Of a DNA stretch of 64,000 bases, positions 45,777-55,367 are shown one piece after another. Made by a program: the position numbers and the translations under genes. The stretch's first letter is position 1, and every line of letters starts with the position of its first letter. This DNA comes from Alphaproteobacteria bacterium (GTDB lineage Bacteria > Pseudomonadota > Alphaproteobacteria > GCA-2731375): positions 448,001 to 512,000 of the forward strand of contig CBDDBZ010000039.1 in NCBI GenBank assembly GCA_965225945.1, read 5' to 3'. The notes under the pieces were generated by a model. The model had not been told where the DNA came from, did no database searches, and saw only the letters and a program-made list of their open reading frames with translations.

Positions 45777-46622
45777 ATGCACTATGGCATCGCCATGTTC
45801 GTGACCGACTATTCGATGGCGGCGGCGGAACTCGCCCGGGCGGCGGAGGAACGCGGCTTCGAATCGCTCTGGATGCCGGAACACTCGCACATCCCGCTCT
45901 CCCGCAGCTCGCCCTGGCCCGGCGGTGGTGAATTGCCGAAGGCCTATTACGACGTGATGGACCCGTTCGTGATGCTCGGCGCGGCGGCGGCCGTGACCAC
46001 GAATTTGAAGCTCGCGACCGGCATCTGCCTCGTGGTGCAGCGCGATCCGATCCAGCTCGCCAAGGAGGTCTCGACCCTCGACCAGATCTCGGGCGGACGT
46101 TTCCTCTTCGGCATCGGGGCTGGCTGGAACGCCGAGGAGATGGCGGATCACGGCACCGACTTCGCGACCCGCTTCGAGCTGATGGCGGAACGGGTCGAGG
46201 CCATGGCCGCGATCTGGACCGAGAGCAAGCCCGCTTATCACGGCGAATTCGTCGATTTCGAGCCGATGGCGACCTGGCCGAAGCCGCTCCAGAAGCCCCA
46301 TCCGCCGGTGATCGTCGGCGGCGCCTTTCCCCATGGCGCCCGGCGCGCGATCGCCTATGGCGACGGCTGGATGCCGATCGGCGGGCGCGACCAGGACATC
46401 GTCGAATTGTTGCCGCGCTTCCGCCAACTCGCCTCGGAGGCGGGCCGCGGACCGGATGATTTGCCGGTGACGCTGTTCGCCTTCCCCGAGGACGAGGCTC
46501 GATTGGGTCAGGCCCGCGATGCCGGAGTCGAGCGGGTCGTCTTCACGCTGCCGTCCGAGGCGGCGGGCGACATCGTGGCGCGCCTCGACGGCTTGGCCGA
46601 ACTCGCGGGCCGGGTCGGCTGA
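45777..46622 (+). CDS. LLM-class probable F420-dependent oxidoreductase
   Basis: GFESLWMPEHSHIP, QRDPIQLAKEV, GAGWNAEEMADHG. Confidence 0.9.
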   Translation: MHYGIAMFVTDYSMAAAELARAAEERGFESLWMPEHSHIPLSRSSPWPGGGELPKAYYDVMDPFVMLGAAAAVTTNLKLATGICLVVQRDPIQLAKEVSTLDQISGGRFLFGIGAGWNAEEMADHGTDFATRFELMAERVEAMAAIWTESKPAYHGEFVDFEPMATWPKPLQKPHPPVIVGGAFPHGARRAIAYGDGWMPIGGRDQDIVELLPRFRQLASEAGRGPDDLPVTLFAFPEDEARLGQARDAGVERVVFTLPSEAAGDIVARLDGLAELAGRVG

Positions 46623-46641
46623 TCGCGGGGCGGAGTCCTCG

Positions 46642-47655
46642 GTGACCGTGACCAAGGATCTCGACAAAGTTTCCCACGATCCGCCGGCACGAATCCCCCT
46701 CGCCACCGCCAAGCATCTGAGCCGGGCCGCGCAGCTCGGCGTCGGTCTGCTGCTGGCGGGGCTACTGCCGGAGCGGGCCTGGTGGCCGCTCGCCCACGCG
46801 CTCGCGCGGCTCAAGGTGGCGCTTCGCCACGGCTACACGCAGCGGCGTTTCGGGCGTCTCGAGGCCATCTTCGGTCCGCGCCTGCCCGCGGCCGGGCGGC
46901 GGGGAATCGTCGTCGAGAGTTTCGCCCACGGCACCGTCGCCCACCTGCAACGCCTGCGCGAGAACTGGCCGGCGGCGTGGCGCCCTCGCGTCTCCGTCGT
47001 CGGCGGGGAGCATGTCGAGGCCGGCCTCGCCGGCGGGCGGGGCGTGGTGCTCTGGGTCTCGCGCTTCGTCTACAGCGATCTGGTGACCAAGAAGGGGCTG
47101 CATCAGGCGGGCCTCGCCGTCCATCACGTGAGCCGCCCCTCGCACGGCTTCACCGGGAGCCGCCTCGCCGAAGGTTTTCTCGATCCCTTCTGGCTCGCGC
47201 CCGAGGTCCGCTATCTGGCGGAGCGAATCGTCATCACCAGCGACGGCGCCGCCGCCGCCAGCCGCGCCATGCGTCGCCGCCTGAAGGCGAACGGCATCGT
47301 CTCCATCACGATGGGCCACGTCGGCCGCAAATGGTGTTTGGTGCCGTTTCTCGAAGGCTGGGTGATCCAGGCGACAGGCCCGACCAACTTGGCGCTCAGT
47401 GCCGGCGCGCCACTTTTGCCGGTGTTCACGACGCGAACCGCCGAGGGTGATTTCGAGGTCCACATCGAGGCGCCGCTCGCGGTGCCGGCGGCGGGCGAGC
47501 GGGACGCTCGCTTCGAGGCGATGGCGCGGGAGATGATGCGGCGACTTGAGGTTCGCGCCCTCGCCGAACCGTCACAGTTCATGTACTGGCGGGGTCGCTT
47601 CGAGCCGCTCCGCGTCGATTTCCACGCCCTCGACAGCGTGCAAGATCGCGACTGA
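46642..47655 (+). CDS. LpxL/HtrB-like lipid acyltransferase family protein
   Basis: GGEHVEAGLAGGRGVVL, VPFL, TGPTNLAL...APLLPVF, PSQF; start uncertain. Confidence 0.7.
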   Translation: MTVTKDLDKVSHDPPARIPLATAKHLSRAAQLGVGLLLAGLLPERAWWPLAHALARLKVALRHGYTQRRFGRLEAIFGPRLPAAGRRGIVVESFAHGTVAHLQRLRENWPAAWRPRVSVVGGEHVEAGLAGGRGVVLWVSRFVYSDLVTKKGLHQAGLAVHHVSRPSHGFTGSRLAEGFLDPFWLAPEVRYLAERIVITSDGAAAASRAMRRRLKANGIVSITMGHVGRKWCLVPFLEGWVIQATGPTNLALSAGAPLLPVFTTRTAEGDFEVHIEAPLAVPAAGERDARFEAMAREMMRRLEVRALAEPSQFMYWRGRFEPLRVDFHALDSVQDRD

Positions 47656-47669
47656 GAGTCGGACTTCGA

Positions 47670-47766
47670 TAAGTCCCCGACGCCGGCCCTCTCCCCTGTC
47701 CCCTCCCCTGGCCAAACCACCTTGAGGGTACCATTCATGGTTGGTTTGGCCAGGGGAGAAGGCCGG
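47670..47766 (+). repeat. Palindromic intergenic repeat, copy A
   Basis: TAAGTCC...CTCCCCTGGCCAAACCA-loop(GAGGGTACCATTC)-TGGTTTGGCCAGGGGAG; homologous to 55254-55343 and 56162-56260. Confidence 0.85.
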
Positions 47767-48525
47767 TGATGGCGCCAAAAGTCGCCGATGGCGACATTTC
47801 GGTCAAACACCGAGGCTTTTCGCCTCTCGGGGGGCACCGCTATTCGAGGGCTTCGTGTTACCTGATCTCCGAGACGGGAATGGATCTCCGGCGTCTTTCG
47901 AAGACGATGATCGAATCGTAAAACGAAATGTTTCGCGTATTGGCGCAAAAATTGGACACTTTCATCGAACGCAATTGTTCGGCGGACTCTTCACGAAAGA
48001 CATCCTGTGCTCGACTCTCAAAATAGGGCTCATGCAGCAGATCAATGAGAGGTTTTACAAAATCGACAAATGTCGGATCCGTGTCTTGACATCTCGGCCA
48101 ATAGTTTGAATGAACGTCTTCAACTAGATATATGCCATCATCATTCAAGCTACTCCCATATAAACTGTTGAAACTGATTATTTGAAGAGACGTCTTATGG
48201 CCACCATCGTCGATGATGATATCGAATGGTCCGAATTTTTTCGAAATGAATTCGAGAAAACTCGCATCGCCTTGGTCACCTACCTCGACGAAGATATTGT
48301 TTTCTGGGTCTTCAAATGACTTACAATTCGTATCTATATCGATTCCAACAATCGTTGCCTTGGGGTGAAAATACTCGCGCCACATCTTGAGAGAGCCGCC
48401 GCGAAATACCCCGATTTCCAAGATGCGCACGTCAGATCGATCACGATAACGAGAGAAATATCTCTCATAAACTTCGAAGTAATGGTACCATTTATGAAGA
48501 TCATGGGTCGAATTCTTGAAAAAAT

Positions 48526-50121
48526 GTAACTGCCCAGGTAGCTGATTTCGATGAGGCTGCGGATTGGGTCTCTGGGGGCAGATTTTGTGGGTTTGGGGCG
48601 CTGACGGCCTAGATTTCGTTTGACAGAGGGTGGTTGGTCGATTCTAAGGATTCGATGGATAGGGATGTTCTTGCCTTTTTGTCGAAAGACGAGCTGATCG
48701 ATGTGGTGCTGGCCCAAGGGTCGCGGCTCGCCGAGTTCGAACTCCGGCTTGGTGAACTCGAGCGCCGGCTTGGCCTGAACAGCACGAACAGCGGCAAGCC
48801 ACCGTCGAGCGATGGATTGAACAAGCCACCGGCGGGTAAAAAGAAGCGCACCAGGAGCCTCCGTAAGAAATCGGCCCGCAAGCCGGGCGGGCAAAAGGGC
48901 CACAAGGGCGAGACCCTGCGCCAAGTCGCCGATCCCGACGCCACCGTCGACCATTATCCCGAGACGTGCCAGTGGTGTGGTTCGGGATTGACGCCGGATA
49001 TGGCTACCGGCCATGGGGCCCGCCAGGTTTTCGATCTACCCGAGCCCCGGCCCCTGGTGGTCACGGAGCATCGGGCGCATCGCTGCCGTTGCGGGCATTG
49101 CGGCACGTACACTCGGGCTTCTTTTCCCGTCGCCATCACCGGCCCGGTTCAATACGGCGCTCGGATCGGAGCCATGGTGGTCTACCTGTCGCACTACCAA
49201 CTCCTGCCCGAGGACCGCCTGGCTGAATTGATGAAGGATCTGTTCGGGGCGGAACTGTCTCCGGCGAGCCTCGCGCGGAGGGGCGGGAACAGCGCCGAGT
49301 CCGTCCAAGGCGTCGTCGATGTGATCCGCGAACTGGTGAAATCGGCGCCGGTCAAGCACATGGACGAGACCGGCTTGCGGATCGCCGGGCGGACCCAATG
49401 GTTGCACGTCGCCTCGACCGCGCGGTTGACCTTCTATCGGGTCTCGGAGCGACGCGGCAGCCTGCTCGGCGGAGTCGGCGGCATCGTCGTCCATGACCAC
49501 TGGAAGCCGTACTTTACGATGGAGGGCGTACGGCACGCGCTGTGCAACGCCCATCACCTGCGCGAGTTGCAAGCCCTGATCGAGATCGAGAAGGAGGGCT
49601 GGGCACGCAAGATGCAGAGACTATTGCGCCGCGCCTGCCACGCGGTAAATCTCGCCCGGGAGCGGGGCGTGGCGCTGAAACCAGGCCTCGTCGAGCGCTT
49701 CCGAGGGTGTTACGACGCGATCACGGCCGAGGGCATCGCCTTTCACGAGGCACAACCTCCTCTTGCGCCCAGATCGAGCAAGGCCAAGCGCCGGGGAAGC
49801 AAGCCGCGCCGCACCGGGCACAACCTTCTCCGGCGCCTTCAGACACACAAGGAAGACGCGCTGCGCTTCCTCATCAATTTCGCCGTGCCGTTCACCAACA
49901 ATCAGGCCGAGCAGGACGGGCGCATGATGAAGGTCAAGCAGAAAATCTCCGGCGGCTTCCGCAGCCAGAAAGGCGCCGAAGACTTTGCCACCGTCCGCGG
50001 CTTCATCTCGACCGCCAGAAAACAGGGCTGGAACATCATCCAGGCGCTCATGGAAAATCCCGAAACCCTGATCGAGCGTCTCCACGCCGCCTAAAAGGCC
50101 ACCATGTACCTGGGCAGTTAC
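48526..50121 (+). mobile_element. IS66-family element, single-ORF type, copy 2 (1596 bp)
   Basis: IRs GTAACTGCCCAGGTA; 8-bp target duplication GAAAAAAT/AAAAAAAT. Confidence 0.96.
48655..50094 (+). CDS. IS66 transposase (intact frame)
   Basis: Continuous ORF with leucine zipper, Zn-finger and DDE motifs. Confidence 0.94.
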   Translation: MDRDVLAFLSKDELIDVVLAQGSRLAEFELRLGELERRLGLNSTNSGKPPSSDGLNKPPAGKKKRTRSLRKKSARKPGGQKGHKGETLRQVADPDATVDHYPETCQWCGSGLTPDMATGHGARQVFDLPEPRPLVVTEHRAHRCRCGHCGTYTRASFPVAITGPVQYGARIGAMVVYLSHYQLLPEDRLAELMKDLFGAELSPASLARRGGNSAESVQGVVDVIRELVKSAPVKHMDETGLRIAGRTQWLHVASTARLTFYRVSERRGSLLGGVGGIVVHDHWKPYFTMEGVRHALCNAHHLRELQALIEIEKEGWARKMQRLLRRACHAVNLARERGVALKPGLVERFRGCYDAITAEGIAFHEAQPPLAPRSSKAKRRGSKPRRTGHNLLRRLQTHKEDALRFLINFAVPFTNNQAEQDGRMMKVKQKISGGFRSQKGAEDFATVRGFISTARKQGWNIIQALMENPETLIERLHAA

Positions 50122-50504
50122 AAAAAAATACACTGACAAGTCGTTCGACTGTATCCGAGTCATATCATAAGTCATTTCCGTATTCTTGAGGAGATTAGGC
50201 GACAGGTCCGGGTGCTCCAATCGGAACTTACCCGTGCGGGAGAGGCGAAGGCTAAACAGCCCGAGTGTTTTGTTAATGCAACGCAACATACCCATGAATC
50301 GCGTCCCTTGGCGGTGCCCCGGTGGAGCGGGAGGCCTGGCGATTTGCGTCAAACCTGAAGCGCTCTGGGAGCGGACCGGCGCCCGTAGGGCGACGTGGCG
50401 GTTTCGATGCTTGCAATATTCACCAATGGTTTCCAGCACGATCGACTTCGGCAGCCCGGCCAACGCCACGCCGAATCGCAATCAGCTCTGCGGAGGTTCG
50501 GGGG

Positions 50505-51374
50505 TTACGGCAATCGCGACGACGTTTCTATCGTATTCCTGTGCCTCACCACATGCAAATATTGGAAATAGGGTATCCACTTCAGTCTCGTCATACGGAA
50601 AAACCAATGTGGATTCAATGACTAATGCTGAAATCGACGAGACGCTACCTTTTGCCGATTTTCTTTGGAATTTCAATGAGTTACGCATTGGCGAGGGAGA
50701 CTGAAGTGGATACCCTATTATTGGAAAACAAACAGGCGCCGCCACGGCCAAAGGTCGAGGACGGGGTCGATGAAGGCCCACCAGCCGTCACCGGCTTCGC
50801 GCAAGCGGACGTTACGCCGCTCTACCTCCACTTCGAGACCCGCCTGGGCGAACAGCTCGAGTAGGGTTCGCCGGGTGAAGAAGCGGAGGTGCGTGCGGTC
50901 GTGAATGCCGCGCGTTCGGTAAGGCCAGCGCCCGCGAACCGCCAGGCACCAGAGCGTACTCACATGCGAGACGTTCGGGATGCTGGTGAGCACCTTTCCC
51001 TCGGGGCGAAGCAACGCGGCCGCGTCGCGAAGCACCCGCCAGGGATCGATCAGGTGCTCGAGGATGTCGCCGAAGACGACGACGTCGAAGCGTTCTTCCC
51101 CGACCAAGGCCGCGAGGGAAGCAATGTTCAGATCCGCTTCGAACACCTTGTCGAGTGATTTCCGAGCGACCTCCGCCATCCTTGGATCGGCCTCGATGCC
51201 CCAAACCCGGGCCCCGCGCTCCCGACGGAGATAGGCCCCGAGGACGTCGGTCGCGCAGCTGACGTCGAGGACATGTCCGGGCCGTTCGGGGAGAAGCCGC
51301 AGGACATCGCGGCGCAGCCCCACATAAGACGGATGAAATGCTTCCGCGCTTGCCGCCGCCTCAGGTCCGGCCAT
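50505..51374 (-). pseudogene. SAM-dependent methyltransferase, MITE-truncated with a degenerate SAM motif
   Basis: VLDVSCATD (GxG lost), DILEHL-x-DP, SIPNV, DRTHLRFFT; stop at the MITE junction 50718; original tail YLHVVRHRNTIETSSRLP* at 50561-50505. Confidence 0.85.
50568..50718. mobile_element. 151-bp MITE
   Basis: Perfect 22-bp TIR ATAGGGTATCCACTTCAGTCTC; perfect 8-bp direct repeat TATTGGAA at 50560-50567 and 50719-50726. Confidence 0.9.
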
Positions 51375-52578
51375 GTGAATCTCCTCCAAGGCGGCGCGCG
51401 GATCCCTCGTCGGTCGCGAGCGCGCGCCGAACGGCGGACACCGCGACGGCTCGACCGGCGGCATGGCTGTAGTGCTCGGCCTGGCGACGACGGGCCGCCG
51501 CCGCCAAGGTCGCACGAAGCGCGGGATCCGCGAGGAGTTCGGCTATGGCGCCCGCCAATGCCGCCGGATCGTCCGGAGGCACCAGACGTCCGCATCCGGC
51601 CAGGATCTCGGGAACATCGTTGACGGCGCTGGCGACGATCGCGCACCCCGCGGCCATGGCGTCGAAAAGCTTGGCGGGGATTTGCCCCCGCGCGGCGGTT
51701 CCGGCGCGCGAGGGCACGCTGACCACATCGCAGGCGGCAAGGACACCGGCGAGCTCCGAGGCGGGAAACGGTATCAGATGGTGCACTCGCGCCGGGCCCA
51801 GGATCTCCCTGGCCTTGGCCAATACCGTCCGTGCATGCTGGCTTTCGGGATCGGCGCCAGCCAGCAGAAGCCCGGGGGCGGAGGGGCCCGCGAGCCTGGA
51901 CAACGCCTCGATGAGGACATCCACCCCCTTATGCGGACGCACGGTGCCGACGAACCCCACCCACGGACGATCGCCGACCTCGAGGTCGGCGTGCCGCGCG
52001 GGGCGTCCCGCGTCCAACCCGGGTTGTCGAACATGGTAGAGGAGATCGCCGCCGTAACGGGCCTGCAGCCAGCGGTTGGAAACCAGCTTGGGCCAGGTCA
52101 CGCGACGGGCCACGATCTCGCAAGCGCGTGTCGTTAGCCGGGCATTGAGATGCCCGGGCGCGATAGCGGTCCAGGTCTCATGGGTCAGCTCGGCGATGGC
52201 GTGGGCGATGCCGCGACCGGCCAGCCCCGGGAACAGGCCGACTTCCCAGTCATCGATGTCGAGTACGGCCGGAATGCCGCGCCGCCAAGCGAACCAGCCG
52301 GGCCCGAGGCTGGTGGGCAGCGGCTTCGAGATGACGAGCGCATCGGTTTCCCTGAACGGATCGCCACGCAGCGCATGCCAGCCCAACTGCAACGCGTTGG
52401 AGATGGGGATGGCCTGCACCGATAGGTGCAACTCGCGGGCCGGCGCCCAGAGCCCGGAACCTTGGTCGAACCCCACCAGGCGGACCTCGAAATCCTGGCG
52501 CAAGAGCTCGACCAGGAGTGTCGCCCGCATGACACAATTGGTGCCCAGGTTCGAGCACAATACAGAAACCCGGGTCAT
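51361..52578 (-). CDS. Glycosyltransferase family 4
   Basis: LDIDDWE, FVGTVRPHKGV, PAKLFDAMAAG, VPPDD. Confidence 0.92.
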   Translation of the reverse strand: MTRVSVLCSNLGTNCVMRATLLVELLRQDFEVRLVGFDQGSGLWAPARELHLSVQAIPISNALQLGWHALRGDPFRETDALVISKPLPTSLGPGWFAWRRGIPAVLDIDDWEVGLFPGLAGRGIAHAIAELTHETWTAIAPGHLNARLTTRACEIVARRVTWPKLVSNRWLQARYGGDLLYHVRQPGLDAGRPARHADLEVGDRPWVGFVGTVRPHKGVDVLIEALSRLAGPSAPGLLLAGADPESQHARTVLAKAREILGPARVHHLIPFPASELAGVLAACDVVSVPSRAGTAARGQIPAKLFDAMAAGCAIVASAVNDVPEILAGCGRLVPPDDPAALAGAIAELLADPALRATLAAAARRRQAEHYSHAAGRAVAVSAVRRALATDEGSARRLGGDSHGRT

Positions 52579-52923
52579 CCCTCGCCATTCCCTCGTCGGA
52601 CCAGGTCGGCGAAGCCCGTGGAACTTATCTTCAAAGCCACGTCATCCGTTTCGCCCCTCGCGCCAAGCCCAGGTCAAGGTTGATACCCGCCCTTCGACGG
52701 AATGACCGTCGGCACCCGACATGAAACATCCAACTTTCTTTCGAGATTCCGCGATGTTTCGGATGACCGTCGCTTCCGCGCATCACAATAACCATCTGCT
52801 CTCTCGACGACAATTAGGGCCGTCTCGATGGCTGGGCTCGAGCGGCTCTCTCGCCTCGGGTTGCGCATGCGGGAATGTGTGGCCTAGATTGCTCCCCCGA
52901 TGTGAGGGGAGATCCCGTTCGGA

Positions 52924-53115
52924 GTGGCCTTCTTGTTCATCGAGACGTCGGCGATCATCGATATCTTGCCGGCAACGCCGCGCGGCGACGACGACGTGCC
53001 CGGGTTTCTCGCGAACAGCCGGAATTTTCGGGACTTGCGGATGCGAGGAATCGATCCGAATTTCGTGCGGGACAATCCTTCCCCGTCTCACGGGGCCGCC
53101 ACGTTGCGGGGCTTG
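52924..53115 (+). pseudogene. rmlC: Degenerate 5' remnant of dTDP-4-dehydrorhamnose 3,5-epimerase
   Basis: GF...S-x-N...GIDPNFVRDNPSPSHGAATLRGL aligns by eye with RmlC GFF-x-ES-x-N...FVQDNHS-x-S...TLRGLH. Confidence 0.65.
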
Positions 53116-53228
53116 AAAGAACTGTCGATTGGTATCTGAACAACGAGGACTGGTGGCGCGTGTCGCAAGACCGATGTGAGTTCCGAAAGAGATTGGGACG
53201 TACTCGAAAAGATCCGAAAGTCAATTGA
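53107..53228 (+). pseudogene. rmlB: 3' remnant of dTDP-glucose 4,6-dehydratase
   Basis: GLERTVDWYLNNEDWW...RLG is the RmlB C-terminal signature; lies directly upstream of rmlA once the IS is removed. Confidence 0.8.
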
Positions 53229-53231
53229 ATT

Positions 53232-54292
53232 CCTGATTACGCACTTTACTCAGCCGGATTGATGTGGTACAAATCATGAACATTTGGTGGTTTTACAGGA
53301 GATTCACGATGCCACGCAACAAGGTTCAGTTCCAGAGGGGGCTCAGCGAGCCGCGTTTTCGTGAGTTGTACGGTACCGAGGAGCAGTGTCGCGAGGCCCT
53401 GTTCCGCTGGCGCTGGCCGGAGGGGTTCGCCTGCCCCCGACCGCTGGCCGGAGGGGTTCGCCTGCCCCCGATGTGGCGCCACGCGCCATTGCGAGATCGC
53501 CGGGCGAAAACTTTACCAATGCGCCGCCTGCCGTCATCAAGTCTCGCTGACCGCCGGCACGCTCTTCCACGCGACCAAGCTGGCGCTGACCCTGTGGTTC
53601 TCGGCGATCTATCACATGACCCAATCGAAGAAAGGGATCTCCTCCCTCGAACTCGGCCGGCGGCTCGGCGTCACCCAGACCACGGCCTGGAAGATCAAGC
53701 AGAAACTGATGCAGTCCATGCTCGAGCGCGATGCCAAATTGCCGCTCACCGGGCGGGTGGAGATGGACGATGCCTACCTCGGCGGCCGCCGTTCCGGGGC
53801 CAAGCGCGGCCGGGGCGCGCCGGGCAAGACGCCGTTCGTCGCCGCCGTCCAGACCACGAAGGAGGGCCAGCCCGTGCGCATCAAGCTCCGCCGCGTCAAG
53901 GGCTTCCGCAAGAGCGAGATCGCCAAGATGGCCAAGCGCGACCTGAGCCCGCTGGCGACGGTTGTCAGCGATGGGCTCGGCTGCTTCACCGCGGTCACCG
54001 CGCAAGGCTGTGCGCACCATCCGATACCCACCGGCTCCGGACCCGGGGCCGTCGCCGTGCCCGCCTTCAAATGGGTCAACACCACCCTCGGCAACCTCAA
54101 AAACACCCTGCGCGGTACCTACCATGCGATCCGACCCAAGCATGTGCCGCGCTATCTGGCGGCGTTCCAGTACCGATACAACCGCCGCTACCGGCTCGCC
54201 GACATGATCGAAGCCCTCGGCCGCGATGCCCTGCGCACGCCGCCCATGCCATATCGGCTCCTGAAGTTGGCTGAGGTTAGTGCGTAATCAGG
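53232..54292 (+). mobile_element. IS1595-family element
   Basis: IRs CCTGATTACGCACT / AGTGCGTAATCAGG; 8-bp target duplication ATTGAATT/ATTGAATA. Confidence 0.92.
53309..54287 (+). pseudogene. IS1595 transposase frameshifted by a 31-bp duplication
   Basis: [50 protein letters not shown]; duplicated 53411-53471. Confidence 0.88.
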
Positions 54293-54299
54293 ATTGAAT

Positions 54300-55175
54300 A
54301 TGACGAATCGAAAGGGCATTATCCTTGCGGGCGGATCGGGAACGAGACTATACCCGATTACCATGTGCATATCAAAACAACTACTTCCAGTTTACGATAA
54401 GCCGATGATTTATTACCCTTTATCGGTATTGATGCTGACGGGCATTCGTGAGATTGCCATAATCACCACAGCGGAAGATCAGGCGCAGTTCAAACGTCTT
54501 CTCGGCGACGGCTCGCAATGGGGCATTGCCTTCACCTACATCGTGCAAGTTTCGCCCGATGGCTTGGCGCAGGCTTATCTGTTGACCGAGGAGTTCTTGG
54601 CGGGTGCACCATCCGCGATGGTGCTTGGCGACAACATTTTTTTCGGACAAGGCCTATCGGTGTTGTTGCGCGAAGCGGATGAAAAGCACTCTGGCGGGAC
54701 CATCTTCGGCTACCAAGTGTCCAACCCGCAGCGTTATGGTGTCGTTGATTTTGACGGCGAAGGTAATATCCGCGCCATCATTGAAAAGCCGACGTCGCCA
54801 CCGTCGAACTTCGCCGTGACCGGACTTTATTTTCTCGACGGCGGCGCACCCGAACGGGCACGTCGGGTGAAGCCCTCGCCACGCGGCGAGTTGGAGATTA
54901 CGAGTCTTCTCGAAACGTATTTGCATGAAGGCACATTAGCGATAAAACCCATGGGAAGAGGCTATGCATGGTTGGACGCGGGCACTCATGAAAGTTTACT
55001 GGAAGCGTCGAACTTCATATCCACCGTGCAGAAACGGCAAGGCTTGGTCGTGGCCTCACCCGACGAAGTCGCTTTTGCTCGGAACTGGATCGATGGCGCC
55101 AAGATTAGGGAGCTAGCGGCATCGATGGACAAGAACGGATATGGTCAATATTTGCTAAGTCTCTTGGCAGATTGA
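54300..55175 (+). CDS. rmlA: Glucose-1-phosphate thymidylyltransferase
   Basis: KGIILAGGSGTRLYP, SKQLLPVYDKPMIYYPL, LGDN, RGELEIT. Confidence 0.97.
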   Translation: MTNRKGIILAGGSGTRLYPITMCISKQLLPVYDKPMIYYPLSVLMLTGIREIAIITTAEDQAQFKRLLGDGSQWGIAFTYIVQVSPDGLAQAYLLTEEFLAGAPSAMVLGDNIFFGQGLSVLLREADEKHSGGTIFGYQVSNPQRYGVVDFDGEGNIRAIIEKPTSPPSNFAVTGLYFLDGGAPERARRVKPSPRGELEITSLLETYLHEGTLAIKPMGRGYAWLDAGTHESLLEASNFISTVQKRQGLVVASPDEVAFARNWIDGAKIRELAASMDKNGYGQYLLSLLAD

Positions 55176-55253
55176 AGGCGAGATATCCTATCCTAATGGC
55201 GTTTGAATTAGACGGTTCGAACAATTTCAATCGCGGTTATCGAGTTGCGATCT

Positions 55254-55343
55254 TATACCAACCGAGCTAAGTCCTGACCGCCCCGCTCCCAACCACCCAC
55301 GAGGCTACCAATCCTGGGTGGTTTGGCCAGGGGAGAAGGCCGG
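55254..55343 (+). repeat. Intergenic repeat, copy B
   Basis: ATACCAACCGA...TAAGTCC...AACCACC...GAGGCTACCAATCCTGGGTGGTTTGGCCAGGGGAGAAGGCCGG. Confidence 0.85.
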
Positions 55344-55367
55344 CGGAGCGGGGCCGCCCGTACGCCG

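Larger units (their letters stand above)
47858..50295 (-). pseudogene. Class I SAM-dependent (sugar O-) methyltransferase split by IS66
   Basis: Removing the IS restores ...DLSVYFFKNSTHDLHKWYHYFEVYERYF...RILEIGV...FDIIIDDGGH; 5' part 50122-50295, 3' part 47858-48525. Confidence 0.88.
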
